From assembly GCF_004010195.1 (NCBI RefSeq), contig NC_057720.1, positions 14,644,602 to 14,708,601 on the forward strand: DNA of 64,000 bases, written 5' to 3'. A program made the position numbers and the translations under genes. The notes under the pieces were generated by a model. That model was not told the origin of the DNA and did no database searches. It saw only the letters and a list, made by a program, of their open reading frames with translations. Of the stretch, positions 37,301 through 49,340 are shown in pieces; the first letter of the stretch is position 1; every line of letters starts with the position of its first letter. Source of the stretch: Chiloscyllium plagiosum. Lineage: Eukaryota.

Positions 37301-39228
37301 TCTCGCGCGCTCCTTCCTCTCTCGCGCGCTCCTTCCTCTCTCGCGCGCTCCTTCCTCTCTCGCGCGCTCCTTCCTCTCTCGCGCGCTCCTTCCTCTCTCG
37401 CGCGCTCCTTCCTCTCTCGCGCGCTCCTTCCTCTCTCGCGCGCTCCTTCCTCTCTCGCGCGCTCCTTCCTCTCTCGCGCGCTCCTTCCTCTCTCGCGCGC
37501 TCCTTCCTCTCTCGCGCGCTCCTTCCTCTCTCGCGCGCTCCTTCCTCTCTCGCGCGCTCCTTCCTCTCTCGCGCGCTCCTTCCTCTCTCGCGCGCTCCTT
37601 CCTCTCTCGCGCGCTCCTTCCTCTCTCGCGCGCTCCTTCCTCTCTCGCGCGCTCCTTCCTCTCTCGCGCGCTCCTTCCTCTCTCGCGCGCTCCTTCCTCT
37701 CTCGCGCGCTCCTTCCTCTCTCGCGCGCTCCTTCCTCTCTCGCGCGCTCCTTCCTCTCTCGCGCGCTCCTTCCTCTCTCGCGCGCTCCTTCCTCTCTCGC
37801 GCGCTCCTTCCTCTCTCGCGCGCTCCTTCCTCTCTCGCGCGCTCCTTCCTCTCTCGCGCGCTCCTTCCTCTCTCGCGCGCTCCTTCCTCTCTCGCGCGCT
37901 CCTTCCTCTCTCGCGCGCTCCTTCCTCTCTCGCGCGCTCCTTCCTCTCTCGCGCGCTCCTTCCTCTCTCGCGCGCTCCTTCCTCTCTCGCGCGCTCCTTC
38001 CTCTCTCGCGCGCTCCTTCCTCTCTCGCGCGCTCCTTCCTCTCTCGCGCGCTCCTTCCTCTCTCGCGCGCTCCTTCCTCTCTCGCGCGCTCCTTCCTCTC
38101 TCGCGCGCTCCTTCCTCTCTCGCGCGCTCCTTCCTCTCTCGCGCGCTCCTTCCTCTCTCGCGCGCTCCTTCCTCTCTCGCGCGCTCCTTCCTCTCTCGCG
38201 CGCTCCTTCCTCTCTCGCGCGCTCCTTCCTCTCTCGCGCGCTCCTTCCTCTCTCGCGCGCTCCTTCCTCTCTCGCGCGCTCCTTCCTCTCTCGCGCGCTC
38301 CTTCCTCTCTCGCGCGCTCCTTCCTCTCTCGCGCGCTCCTTCCTCTCTCGCGCGCTCCTTCCTCTCTCGCGCGCTCCTTCCTCTCTCGCGCGCTCCTTCC
38401 TCTCTCGCGCGCTCCTTCCTCTCTCGCGCGCTCCTTCCTCTCTCGCGCGCTCCTTCCTCTCTCGCGCGCTCCTTCCTCTCTCGCGCGCTCCTTCCTCTCT
38501 CGCGCGCTCCTTCCTCTCTCGCGCGCTCCTTCCTCTCTCGCGCGCTCCTTCCTCTCTCGCGCGCTCCTTCCTCTCTCGCGCGCTCCTTCCTCTCTCGCGC
38601 GCTCCTTCCTCTCTCGCGCGCTCCTTCCTCTCTCGCGCGCTCCTTCCTCTCTCGCGCGCTCCTTCCTCTCTCGCGCGCTCCTTCCTCTCTCGCGCGCTCC
38701 TTCCTCTCTCGCGCGCTCCTTCCTCTCTCGCGCGCTCCTTCCTCTCTCGCGCGCTCCTTCCTCTCTCGCGCGCTCCTTCCTCTCTCGCGCGCTCCTTCCT
38801 CTCTCGCGCGCTCCTTCCTCTCTCGCGCGCTCCTTCCTCTCTCGCGCGCTCCTTCCTCTCTCGCGCGCTCCTTCCTCTCTCGCGCGCTCCTTCCTCTCTC
38901 GCGCGCTCCTTCCTCTCTCGCGCGCTCCTTCCTCTCTCGCGCGCTCCTTCCTCTCTCGCGCGCTCCTTCCTCTCTCGCGCGCTCCTTCCTCTCTCGCGCG
39001 CTCCTTCCTCTCTCGCGCGCTCCTTCCTCTCTCGCGCGCTCCTTCCTCTCTCGCGCGCTCCTTCCTCTCTCGCGCGCTCCTTCCTCTCTCGCGCGCTCCT
39101 TCCTCTCTCGCGCGCTCCTTCCTCTCTCGCGCGCTCCTTCCTCTCTCGCGCGCTCCTTCCTCTCTCGCGCGCTCCTTCCTCTCTCGCGCGCTCCTTCCTC
39201 TCTCGCGCGCTCCTTCCTCTCTCGCGCG
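34365..39228. repeat. Perfect minisatellite: 19 x 25-mer CTCCTTCCTCTCT(CG)6, then 231 x 19-mer CTCCTTCCTCTCT(CG)3
   Basis: 34365-34839 = 475 nt = 19 x 25; 34840-39228 = 4389 nt = 231 x 19; no variant units seen; degenerate CT tail to ~39365. Confidence 0.97.
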
Positions 39229-39619
39229 CTCCTCTCTCTCTCTCTCGTGCGCGCTCCTCTCTCTCTCTCATGTGCGCGCTCCTCTCTCTCTCTCTCTCTC
39301 GTGCGCGCTCCTCTCTCTCTCTCTCTTGCGCCCGCTCTCTCTATCGCGGGGGCTCTCTCTCTCTGTCGCTGTCTATGTAGGTAGTTTCTTTTAAGATCAT
39401 CAGATGCAACCCATCAGATTTTGAAACTTTCCTTCAGCTCCATTTATTTCCCTAGCAATTCTCTTGCGATTAATATTTATGTATTTATTTAGTGATTATT
39501 TCCTCCTACCTTCTGCTTGTTGACGTAGAAATCTTAGAATGGTCCTATGAGGACTAATACAACGTATTTACTTCTCTGCCATTTCCTGGTGTCTGATGAT
39601 ATTAATAATATCGCAAAAT

Positions 39620-39845
39620 TCCTGCAGTGCAGATAGAGGCCATTTGGCCCATCAAGTCTATACTGACCTTTCAAAGGGCATCCCAACTAGACCTCACCTT
39701 GTTCCCATAACCCCACATTGTCTATGGCTAATCCACCTGGACATCTTTGGACGGGAGAACGTGCAAATTCCACGCAGTCATCTGAGGTTAGAATCGAACC
39801 TGGGTCCCTGGCGCTGAGAGGCAGCAGTACTAACCAGTGTGCCGC
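39620..39845 (-). mobile_element. V-SINE, internally deleted, within an older decayed CR1 fragment (~39380-40200)
   Basis: Minus-strand head CACTGGTTAGTACTGCTGCCTCTCAGCGCCAGGGACCCAGGTTCGATTC. Confidence 0.75.
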
Positions 39846-40956
39846 AACCTCGATCTCTAGGAGGCCTGTTCATGTTGGTCTCACTCTCTGTGTGTTTTTA
39901 TATTACTACCAGTTACCTGTAGTTTTTGTTATCTTTTGGCTTTTCAAATTTCCTTGATTCTCTGGTCTGCTCCTAATCTTTACTACATTGTGATTTTTTT
40001 TTCCCTTTCAAGTTAGTACATATCCTTAACTTCCTTGATTAACCATGGTTGGCTTATCCCTTCCTGGAATCCTCCTTCCTTCACTCAGATAGATCTTTGC
40101 TGTGAATCTTTATTTTACAATATGCCTACTATTGTTAATCACTGCCTATTCTTCTGAACTCCTGCCTCCACCCACTCCAGTAAACTTTGTCCTTATCTGG
40201 AATTACCTAATGATCTGAAAGCAAATACTGTGGATGCTGGAAAATTCTGGACGAAGACAACTGGTTTGATAGCATCTGTAGAGAGAAAAATTAAAGTTTC
40301 AGAATGATCTTTTCTCAATATGGAGAGTAATGAATGAGATCACAGGCAAATTAATCAAGTCGTTTGTTTTCTCCCACTTTGCTAACCATTTAATACTAAG
40401 ATTAAATTCTGTGCGTTTAAGTCTGAAATGTGCCCACAGAATTGGATTGCTTATTGGGAATTGGAAACGTAATGACATCTGGTTCATGCGAATGTTCAAT
40501 GTGGTCTGTCAAGCTGAGGTTATTGAACTGTTTCCTTATCCTGTCAAATACTGGAATTCTCTTGGATTGTCCTGAATGCAATCGTGAGTTCTTCAAGTTT
40601 GAACTGGGTCTAATATTATAAGTAGAAAAGGGAAGACAAGACTGGGTGAAGAAAGAACAAATGATAGCACATAAGAAGAGTTGTCACAACCGATGCAAAA
40701 CGTTATCTGTTTCTATATCTATAGATGCTGTCAGAGCTGCTGCATTTCTCCAGCATTGTGTTGTATGAGAATACAATGCCTAGTCACCATGAAAGGGAAT
40801 CCAGAAATCATCAGGCATGAAAGCAGGTGGTAAAAGTGGAGTGGGTGTTTTTTAGGGAGAAAGAGGATGGTGTGTGTTTATAGGTACAGGGCAAGACTTG
40901 GCTACTTCAAACTTTTCTCTGTGATTCTGAAGAGACTGGTTGCTGCCAAAATATTA

Positions 40957-41261
40957 AGTGGTTAGCACTGCTGCCTCACAGCGCCAGAGACCCGGGTTCA
41001 ATTCTCACCTCAGGCGACTGTCTGTGTGGAGTTTGCACATTCTCCCCGTGTCTGCTTGGGTTTTCTCCGCGTGCTCCGGTTTCCTCCCACAGTCCAAAGA
41101 ATGTGCAGGGTTAGCTGAATTGGCCATACTAAATTGCCTGTAGTGGTAGGTGAAGGGGTTAACCTAGGGTAATGGTTCTGGGTGGGTTGCGCTTTGGCAG
41201 GTCGGTGTAGACTTGTTGGGCCGAAGGGCCTGTTTCCACACTGTAAGTAATCTAATCTAAT
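40957..41261 (+). mobile_element. V-SINE (HE1-like), nearly full length
   Basis: AGTGGTTAGCACTGCTGCC head, B box GGTTCAATTC, complete V-domain, (TAATC)n tail. Confidence 0.9.
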
Positions 41262-41279
41262 TACTGGAAGCTGAGATGT

Positions 41280-42450
41280 TCTTTTAGTCCTTCATGGGAC
41301 GTGGGCATTTCTGGTTAGACCAGCACTTGTATCTCTCCCTGTTCGCCATTGAAAAAGTGAAAGGGACCTGTTGTCTTGAATTACTACAGTCGATTTGATG
41401 TGTTTGCATTTAATATTGGGGAAAGAGTTCCAGCATTTTGATCCAACAATATTGAATAGCCATATATATCCAAGTCAGAATATCTAGTGGCCTGGAGGGG
41501 ACCTTGCAGATGACTGCTACTATGTAATGGCCGCCCTTATTCATCTAAATGCCAGTGGGTCCTAGGTTTGAAAGCCGCTTCTAAGGAGCCTTGGTGTATT
41601 TCTGCAATGCATCTTGTGGATGGTACATAGTACTTACTGAGCACCACTGCTGGATATGATTGAACGTTTGTCAATGTGACACCAATTAATTGGGCAGCTT
41701 GGTCCTGGATGGTGTCAAGCTGCTTGGGTGTTTAGAGCTGCTCTCCTTCAGTCAAGTGGGGAGTATTCTCTCACACCCCGACTTGTGCCTTGGGCATGCT
41801 TCGGAGTAAGGTATGCTGCAGTATTTCTAGCCTTTTATCTGCTCTTGTAGCCATGGTGTTTATGTCACAGTCCAGTTCAGCTTATGGTCAGTGATAATCC
41901 CAAGCAGTTGTAGTTGGGGATTCAGTAATTGTAACACCATTGAATGGCAAGGGGTGATGATTTAGATGGTCTTTTTGGAGATGATCATTTGTATGGTGCA
42001 AATGCTACTTGTCACGTGTCAGCCCATGCCTGGATATTGTCCAGATCTTGTTGCATTTGAACATGGGTTGTTTCAATTTCTGAGGAGTTCCGAATAGTGC
42101 TGAACATTGTATAATCATCAGTGACCATCCTCACTTCTGACCTTTTATGTTGGTGGGAAGGTCATTGAAGCAGCTGAAGATGGGTTGCCATAAGACACGA
42201 CTCTGAGAAACTGCAGAGCTGTCCTAGAGCTGAGATGGCTGATCTCCAACAATCACCACCATATTCGTGTACCAGGTATGACTCCAAACAGTGACGACTT
42301 TGCCCCCGGATACCTTTTGATTCCAGTTTTGCTAGGGTTTTTTGCCACTCTGCCAAATGTAGCCTTGATATCAAGGGCTACCACACTCACTGCACCTTTG
42401 GAATTCAGCTGTTTTGTCCATGTTTGAACCAAGACTGAAATGAAAATAAA
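41280..42450 (-). mobile_element. Old CR1/L2-group LINE, RT to 3' end
   Basis: Minus-strand VVALDIKATF RT motif; same 3' end family as 10655-11210. Confidence 0.75.
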
Positions 42451-43135
42451 CGGACAGGGAGGAAGTGGGTGAATGGCACTGACTGGCTTGCTCCAGAGAG
42501 CCAGTATGAACTCTATAGGCTGAATGGTGTTTTGTACTGTAAGTGATTCCAAAGCAGTCTGCTTATGTGTAAATATAGACAAGAATGTATCAGCATATTT
42601 TAATGTTACTGCTTCAAACAAACATCAGGCACTTGGGAGCTTAGATCTTCAATTTAAGAATAATTTCATACACAATGCCTGTTGGCTGAATATGTTGACA
42701 AAACAGGAGAAAACTACTGTGATCTTCACTAATCCAGGAGTTCACAACGTTTCTACTTTGCCTGATTTCCTGTACAAGCTCATCTTCACTTCAACTAGAA
42801 ACAGGTCCAGCTATAGCTTTACAGTATTTAGTGAGTCATTATGAGCTAGGAACCTGTTTCACTAGTCCACTTTTCTTTTGGAAAAGCCACCACCCAAAAT
42901 TATGACAAAGTTCTGCCCTTGGCAGAACTTCTGAGCATGACTTCTCCCTAGCAAACTGGACCAATTTCTCGAGAAAATCATAAACAACTTTTTTAATATA
43001 GAAAATTCTCAATCCAGTAACCCCTGAGTTAACGGTTGTGTTTGGAGACCTAGAGATTTGAATAGTGTATAAAATTAAGAATTTTGTCTTTTTTTAATAT
43101 CTTTCCAAAGCTTCAATATTACCTACCCTGAGGGC

Positions 43136-43215
43136 AATTTTTTCAGCTGAGATCTGGCCAAGATTTTGTACAAGGAATTTTTTCAGCTGAGATCTGGCCA
43201 AGATTTTGTACAAGG
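43136..43215. repeat. Perfect 40 bp tandem duplication
   Basis: AATTTTTTCAGCTGAGATCTGGCCAAGATTTTGTACAAGG x2. Confidence 0.95.
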
Positions 43216-43964
43216 ACAAATTCTTTATAATTTTATAGTGTATTGTTCTCTAATTACACCCAAGAACTTTGTGCTTCAGTTTAAGCTTCATGATATTAGT
43301 TACAGATTGAGGTTGAGAGACTGATGTGTTAAAACATCCCAATCTCTTGCACCATTGCCTTTACTTTCAGCTCTATTGGAGCCCATATGCTTAACATTAG
43401 ACTTGCTCAAACAAATAGCACACTGGCCTAGATAGGCTGATGACTGGATAGTTTGAGCAGTATGGACTCTGGGAATCAGCCAGGAAATTAAAACTCTGGA
43501 GCCCTCTGACCAAGCTGTTTTAAAGTCAGAGAATATGGAGGGTTCTTTCATTTAAGCTACTCAGAAAATGTCAAGGTACAAAGTCTACACCAGCTCTTGG
43601 GTAAGCACTAAATCAAAAACCCTCAAAACCTGGCAATGTTCAATCTAATGCTACACCCTCCCGCACCTCTCTCGAACTCTCCCTAACCTCTGATCTCACT
43701 GTCCACCCCTTTCCCCACTCCCTCACCTTTTTAATCTTTCCTTGGTCACTATCAAAGTGCCTTTAGGAACTTTAACTCCTGAAATTATGGCAGCAAGTGT
43801 TTCTTAATGTTGACCTGCGACATTTCTAGACAGTGGTTTCTCCCTAGTTTCCTTTGATGGACGTGTTCTGGACAGGTTATGCTTGAAATCTTGACTAGAA
43901 AAATTGCCAATTTTGATTAGGAATACTGTTGATTGAATGTCTCCTGCAATTAGAATAACTGGTG

Positions 43965-44283
43965 CTACAAGATGATTAGGGGTTTAGATAGGGTTGACCA
44001 TGAGAACCTTTTTCCACATATGGAGTCAGCTATTACGAGGGGGCATAGCTTTAAATTAAGGGATGGTAGGTATAGGACAGATGTTAGGAGTAGATTCTTT
44101 ACTCAGCGAGTCATGGAATGCCCTGCCAGTAGCAGTGGTGGACTCTCCCTCTTTATGGGCATTTAAACGGGCATTGAATAGGCATATGGAGGATAGTGGG
44201 CTAGTGTAGGTTAGGTGGGCTTGGATCGGCGCTACATCGAGGGCCAAAGGGCCTGTACTGCGCTGTATTTTTCTATGTTCTAT
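43965..44283 (+). mobile_element. CR1 3' fragment
   Basis: MIRGLDRVD..TRGHSFKL..RFFTQRV; tail TTCTATGTTCTAT. Confidence 0.9.
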
Positions 44284-44359
44284 TTCTGAAATCTAGTATA
44301 ATTTGTTAAACAATGGTCCATTCCCCCAGCACACCCACGGCTTTGCTTGTAGTATGCAA

Positions 44360-44660
44360 AGAGTGGGTAGCCAGAGACTTTTTCCCAGGGTGGAAAATGG
44401 CTATCATGAGGGGGCATAATTTTAAGATGATTGGAGGAAGATTTAGGGGAGATGTCAGAAGTACATTCTTTACTACTACTGCTGGCAGTGCATTCCATGC
44501 ACCCACCACTCCGAGTATAGTCAGACACATTAGAGACATTTAAGTGACTGTTGGGTAGGCACATGGACGATAGTACACTGAAAGGTATCTAGGTCAGTTT
44601 GATCTTGGAGTAGGAGGAAAAAGCCAGCACAACATTGAGGGCTGAAAGGCCTGTACTGTT
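44360..44660 (+). mobile_element. CR1 3' fragment with internal micro-inversion
   Basis: RGHNFKMIGGRFRGDVRSTFFT, then an inverted 47 bp block; ends GGCCTGTACTGT. Confidence 0.85.
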
Positions 44661-44886
44661 TTATTAAAGTAGCTACTGAGAGCTCCTTCTAGTCACACCA
44701 TAAAAATCCTTCAACCGTCCAATAATTGTTGGCTTAGCTGAAAAACTTCCCACCATGAACATGTTAGTCTATCTGGCTCTTCCATTAATTTAACCTGGTT
44801 AAAGCTGTAGTTAGACCTTTAAAACAATTCTGGATATATCTTGTTTTGCTATGTACAATTACTTTTTAATCGTTAACAATATACAT

Positions 44887-45470
44887 ATGGCAGAGGCAAT
44901 ACCCTAGTGGTATTGCTGCATTATTAATCCAAAGACCCTGGGAATCCAGATTCAAATCCTGCCATGACAAATGGTAGGGTTTAAATTTAGTGAAAAAAAT
45001 TTGAAATTGAGTCTGATCATGATTGTCAGGAAAAAAAACCATTTGGTTCACAAATGTCCTGGGGGAAGGAAATCTGTCATCCTTGCGTCATCTGGCCTAC
45101 TTGGGACTCCAGACCCACAACAATGTATTGATTAGATTCCCCACAGTGTGGAAACAGGCCATTTGGCCTAACAAGTCCACACCAACCTTCCGAAGAGTAG
45201 CCCACCCAGAACCATTTGCCTCTGACTGTTGCACCTTAACACTATATGAGCAATTTAGCGTAGCCAATTCATCTATCGTGCACATCTTTGGATTGTGGGA
45301 AGAAACTGGAGCAAACCCCAGCAGACACAGGGAGAATGTGTAAACTCCACAGAGTCACTAGAGGCTGTAATTGAACATGGGTCGCTGGGTTGACTCTTAA
45401 CTGTCCACTGGACAATTAGGGAAAAGCAATAAATGCTGACCCAGGCAGTGATGCCTTCATCCCATAAATG
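44887..45470 (+). mobile_element. tRNA-derived SINE (second family) interrupted by a minus-strand V-SINE at ~45129-45388
   Basis: Host sequence CACAACAATGT|...|GGTTGACTCTTAACTG is split by the V-SINE; host ends GCAATAAATGCTG. Confidence 0.75.
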
Positions 45471-47149
45471 AAATTTTAAAATATATAAAATAATAATTAG
45501 TGAACAAAACTAATTACACAAAATATTTGAAGCTATTTCAGTGATGCACAATGTTTCCATGTTAGTGATGATCAGCAAGAAGGTATGATCCTGTCTTCAT
45601 TTGGCGTCCTTCACGTCCTCTGAATCTGACACATGCCTCATTATTAATTGCATCCACAGCTGCGAGGCAGCAAATGTTTGACTGTAAGATAAACTAGCAT
45701 TAGTTGAGAAAAATGTTAAAAGGTCTAATTTTAAGCTCAAATTCTTTAAACAGTGCTGTGCTGATGATGACCAGATATTCTGGATTTGTTTTTATCAACG
45801 TTGAATTGAAGGAAAAATGAATGGTCTAGACATTGGGATTAATTTCCCTGTATCTCTTTGACACGGTGCCAAAGGATCTTTTACGCCCACCCAGGCAGGC
45901 AGCTGTGGCCTGGGTTGCTCTGCTCATTCAAATGACTGCACCTCTGATTGTGCAGCACTCTCTGTAGAAAGTAACACCAGTATCTGAGATGAAACAGTTT
46001 AAAAATTCTGTTCTAAAGCCCTCTATGCTATGTGTACTATTGGCTCAGTGAGTGGGAGTGAATTGCTGAGACTTACAAATCAGGAAGGCCCAAGGCAAAA
46101 TTCCCATAACTATGAATCATGGTTTTGAAACTAGGATTTGTGGAGCCTAGGGGACCCATGAGCTTCACATTTCTGTATGTGTTGAATTTAGGACTCTGTA
46201 CATGTATGTGGAACAATGGTAACACAATTTCCTTTTTGGGTGGCTGACTTTTTAGGTCAATGGGATATTAAATATTAAAAGTATATTAAATAGAAGTGCC
46301 CTTTGAGCTATGCAAGAAGGAAAGAAATATTTACTGATATTGTCTTGTAATGATTGTTTCCAGAGTTTCAAAGGGTGCATTATATTATGGTATAGATTTG
46401 GCATTTGTATTCAGTTTCCATCTTGCACTAACATTACATGTATAGCTGGAAGGAAGCCCTGGTTTGATTCCAAAGTAACACAGACAATGCCTCCTTTCTG
46501 AGTTTGAGCTGTATTTATGATCTGACTAGTAACGGCACAACAGTTCTGCATTGATGTAGAACGCCAAGGTTGTAACTAAAAATCCCTGGCGCACACCAGA
46601 CCAGAGTGATCAAAGTCCAGGAACAATGATCACAAAACTGGATGCAGTCATTGGCAAGTGGCAATTTTAAAAAGACAGCACTGCAACTGGCCTGCACAAA
46701 TTAAGCCTTGTCAAGTTGTTTTGTGCTGTTTTTTTGGCAAAGTGACTGCCAGGTAAGGCGGTTCATGGTTCTGGCTGAAGCGTTCAGGAATTGAAATTGA
46801 TGTTTCTTCCCTTGCACCAAACTTCACCCCCCTCCGCCCCCTTTCAAATTTTCCAGCTTCTTCAGATTGGTGACTTAAATCTTGAAAGCATTTTTGTTTT
46901 TTTCCATTTTAACAATGCATGGGATCTGATTAATTAATACTTCCTTGGGCTAAGACACTGGATGTTGTCTTTGCAACTTTTGGATGACTTCCATCAATTG
47001 GTAAAGCCATTGTTTGTTAATTATTCACTTGCTCATTCAATTGGCTTTCCCGTGGTAGTGTTGGAGCTGAATTAGAATGGCATTTTATGTTGTATAATGT
47101 ATGATATGTTATGAGATCCACGGACTTTTGGAATAAAATTGGGGTTTTA

Positions 47150-47370
47150 AAGCATAAAGCCGGGGTTCAAATTACATCACTGAGCTGCCAGAGGAAATGG
47201 TGGAGGCTGGTACCATTACAACATTTGTAAGGCATCTGGATGGATACATGAATCGGAAGGGATGTGGGGCAGGTGCTGGCAAATGGGACTACATTAATTT
47301 AGGAATCTGGTCCAACTCATCCATGCCAAAGGATCTGTTTTAGTGCTGTAAATCTCTATGATTCTATGTT
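47150..47370 (+). mobile_element. CR1 3' end fragment
   Basis: GAGCTGCCAGAGGAAATGGTGGAGGCTGG...CTCTATGATTCTATG. Confidence 0.8.
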
Positions 47371-47843
47371 CATGCCCTTATCTGAAAGTTTTAAAAATTT
47401 AGTAGTTTTCTCAATTACATGGCTTAACATTTCTTTTTTGAAAGTGCACATCCCATAGGAAACTAGGGAACGTGTGAGGTAGACAGTTGGAAGCTGTGGG
47501 TGGTACCAGGCACCCCATTTGCCCTCGAATGCTGCCAGACTTCTAATCACCTGCACCCAGACTGCAAGTAGTGTCCCCAGGGCTAATCTGTCCCTCTTCA
47601 GCCTGCCTTCCTGTTGTGTGTCTTGACTGCCCATGTTTAATTTTTCTGTCAGAAATTGATGTTGCTTGAAGTTCTCTGCTGACAACCCTTCACTGAAGGA
47701 AGGTTTTCATGCAGATAGATATTTATAGCAAGCTGATAGACTGCTGTCTCAAGTCAGAAGGTGGCATTGAACTGAGCAGTCTGTGCCACAGAGTCTGGAT
47801 TCTCCCTGCTTTGAGGGAGAGTTGTATGCTCAGGGATGTTGCC

Positions 47844-49340
47844 GTTTTGAATGGGATGTTAAACTATTGACACATTTGAGTAAATATAGTCATTGTGGTA
47901 TTAATTCAAACAGCAATGTCCTAACCAGAGTTATAGTTCAGCCAGCATCACTCAACCATTGTCATTACTTCCCGTCCGCAAATTTGGCTGTGATGTCAAA
48001 AAAGCAGAACCATTGGTTCACTTGAAAAACACCACATTAATTGGTTGTAAGGCATAATGATGTGGTGGCTTTGGTCACGAATTTCATGGTTACTATTAAA
48101 AATCCGGAATTAAAAGTCCATTGAATTTGAATTCCACTTCCACTATTTGCTATGGTGGGATTTGAGGCTAAGTTCCTGGAACATTACCTGAGTCACTGAA
48201 TTAACACTCTAGCAATCTAATCTAATCTAATATAGCTCGCACATTCGACGGGAAGAACATTCAAATGGCCGACCATCCATTCCAAATATTCTGAATTCAC
48301 ACACACACGTGTGTGTGTGTATGTATGTATGGGATGAGCTACGAGGGGTAAACCATGGGGTACAGATCTCTGGCACAGTGTCCCTGTGATCAGAAGGGTA
48401 GGGGAAAGTGAAGGAGAGCAATAGTTATTGAGGACTACATAGTGAGGGGGACAGATTGCAGTTTCTGTGGGTACAGGGCAGGCTCATGATTGATGTGATA
48501 CCTCTAAGTTACCAGGGTTTGTGATGTCTCGCAGCGTGTTTTCAAGATACGTCAGGGGGAGGGGGAGCAGCCCAAGGTCATGTTTCACAAGCACACTAAC
48601 AACAATAATACCACTGACTCTGATTTGCCCTCTGGGCAATTAAGAATTGGCAATCAATTGCTGTTCTAGCCAGCAAAGCCCACGTCTAACCTGTGAATAA
48701 AAAGAGAAGTCAATGATTGTGAATGTAAATGGGGCTCCAATTAAACTGGCTGCTTTGATCTGCTCACAATACAGCCAAAGAGCTTAAATTGGCAAATCCT
48801 TCCATTATGCCAATGGCTGGGGTAAAGAGCAGGCACATCTCCCGGTCAGCCAAAATGGTGGCAGCAACAGGTCAACGACTTCCCCTCAAATGGTTACAAA
48901 GGGTGCACAACCTGGCTCACATCGCAGACTATACGTCGTGTCAAGCATCCTCCTTGCCTTGAGCAACTACCAGAAAAGGAGTTGAGCCAATTCAGTCAAA
49001 AAGGTCACCTCTCCCGTTCTTGTTTACTTTGTCACACTTTGTGATGCCTGCCATATTTTCCATATGATTTTAAAGATATATTACTTGCAGTTCTGTGTTG
49101 CCTTTCGTGACCAAAGCCAGAACACCATTGTGCTTTACAACCAATTAACGTGGTGGTTTTCAAGTGAACCAATGATTCTGCTTTTTTGACATCACAGCCA
49201 AATTTGCAGACAGGAAGTAATGACTGGTTGAGTGATGCTAGGTGAACTATAAACTCTGGTTAGGACATTGCTGTTTGAATTATTACCACAATGACTATAT
49301 TTACTCAAACGTTTTGACAGTTTAACGTCCCATTCAAAAC
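47844..49340. repeat. Long inverted repeat: arms 47844-48081 and 49104-49340, derived from a Deu-domain-like SINE
   Basis: GTTTTGAATGGGATGTTAAAC...TTTGGTCACGAA versus TTCGTGACCAAA...GTTTAACGTCCCATTCAAAAC; the ORF track shows the same peptide (FEWDVKL..LSKYSHCG.NSNSNVLTRV) on both strands. Confidence 0.93.
48330..48603 (+). mobile_element. CR1 ORF1 (SGNH esterase) fragment
   Basis: RAIVIEDYIVRGTD (decayed GDS motif) and a later TN motif. Confidence 0.7.

Noticed and set aside
34365..39228. CRISPR-like array
   Set aside because: Units are contiguous with no unique spacers, there are no cas genes, and the context is eukaryotic.
34083..39394. Four ORFs of 1648-1766 aa
   Set aside because: They are translations of the minisatellite, whose units contain no stop codon in any frame. 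There is no coding signal.
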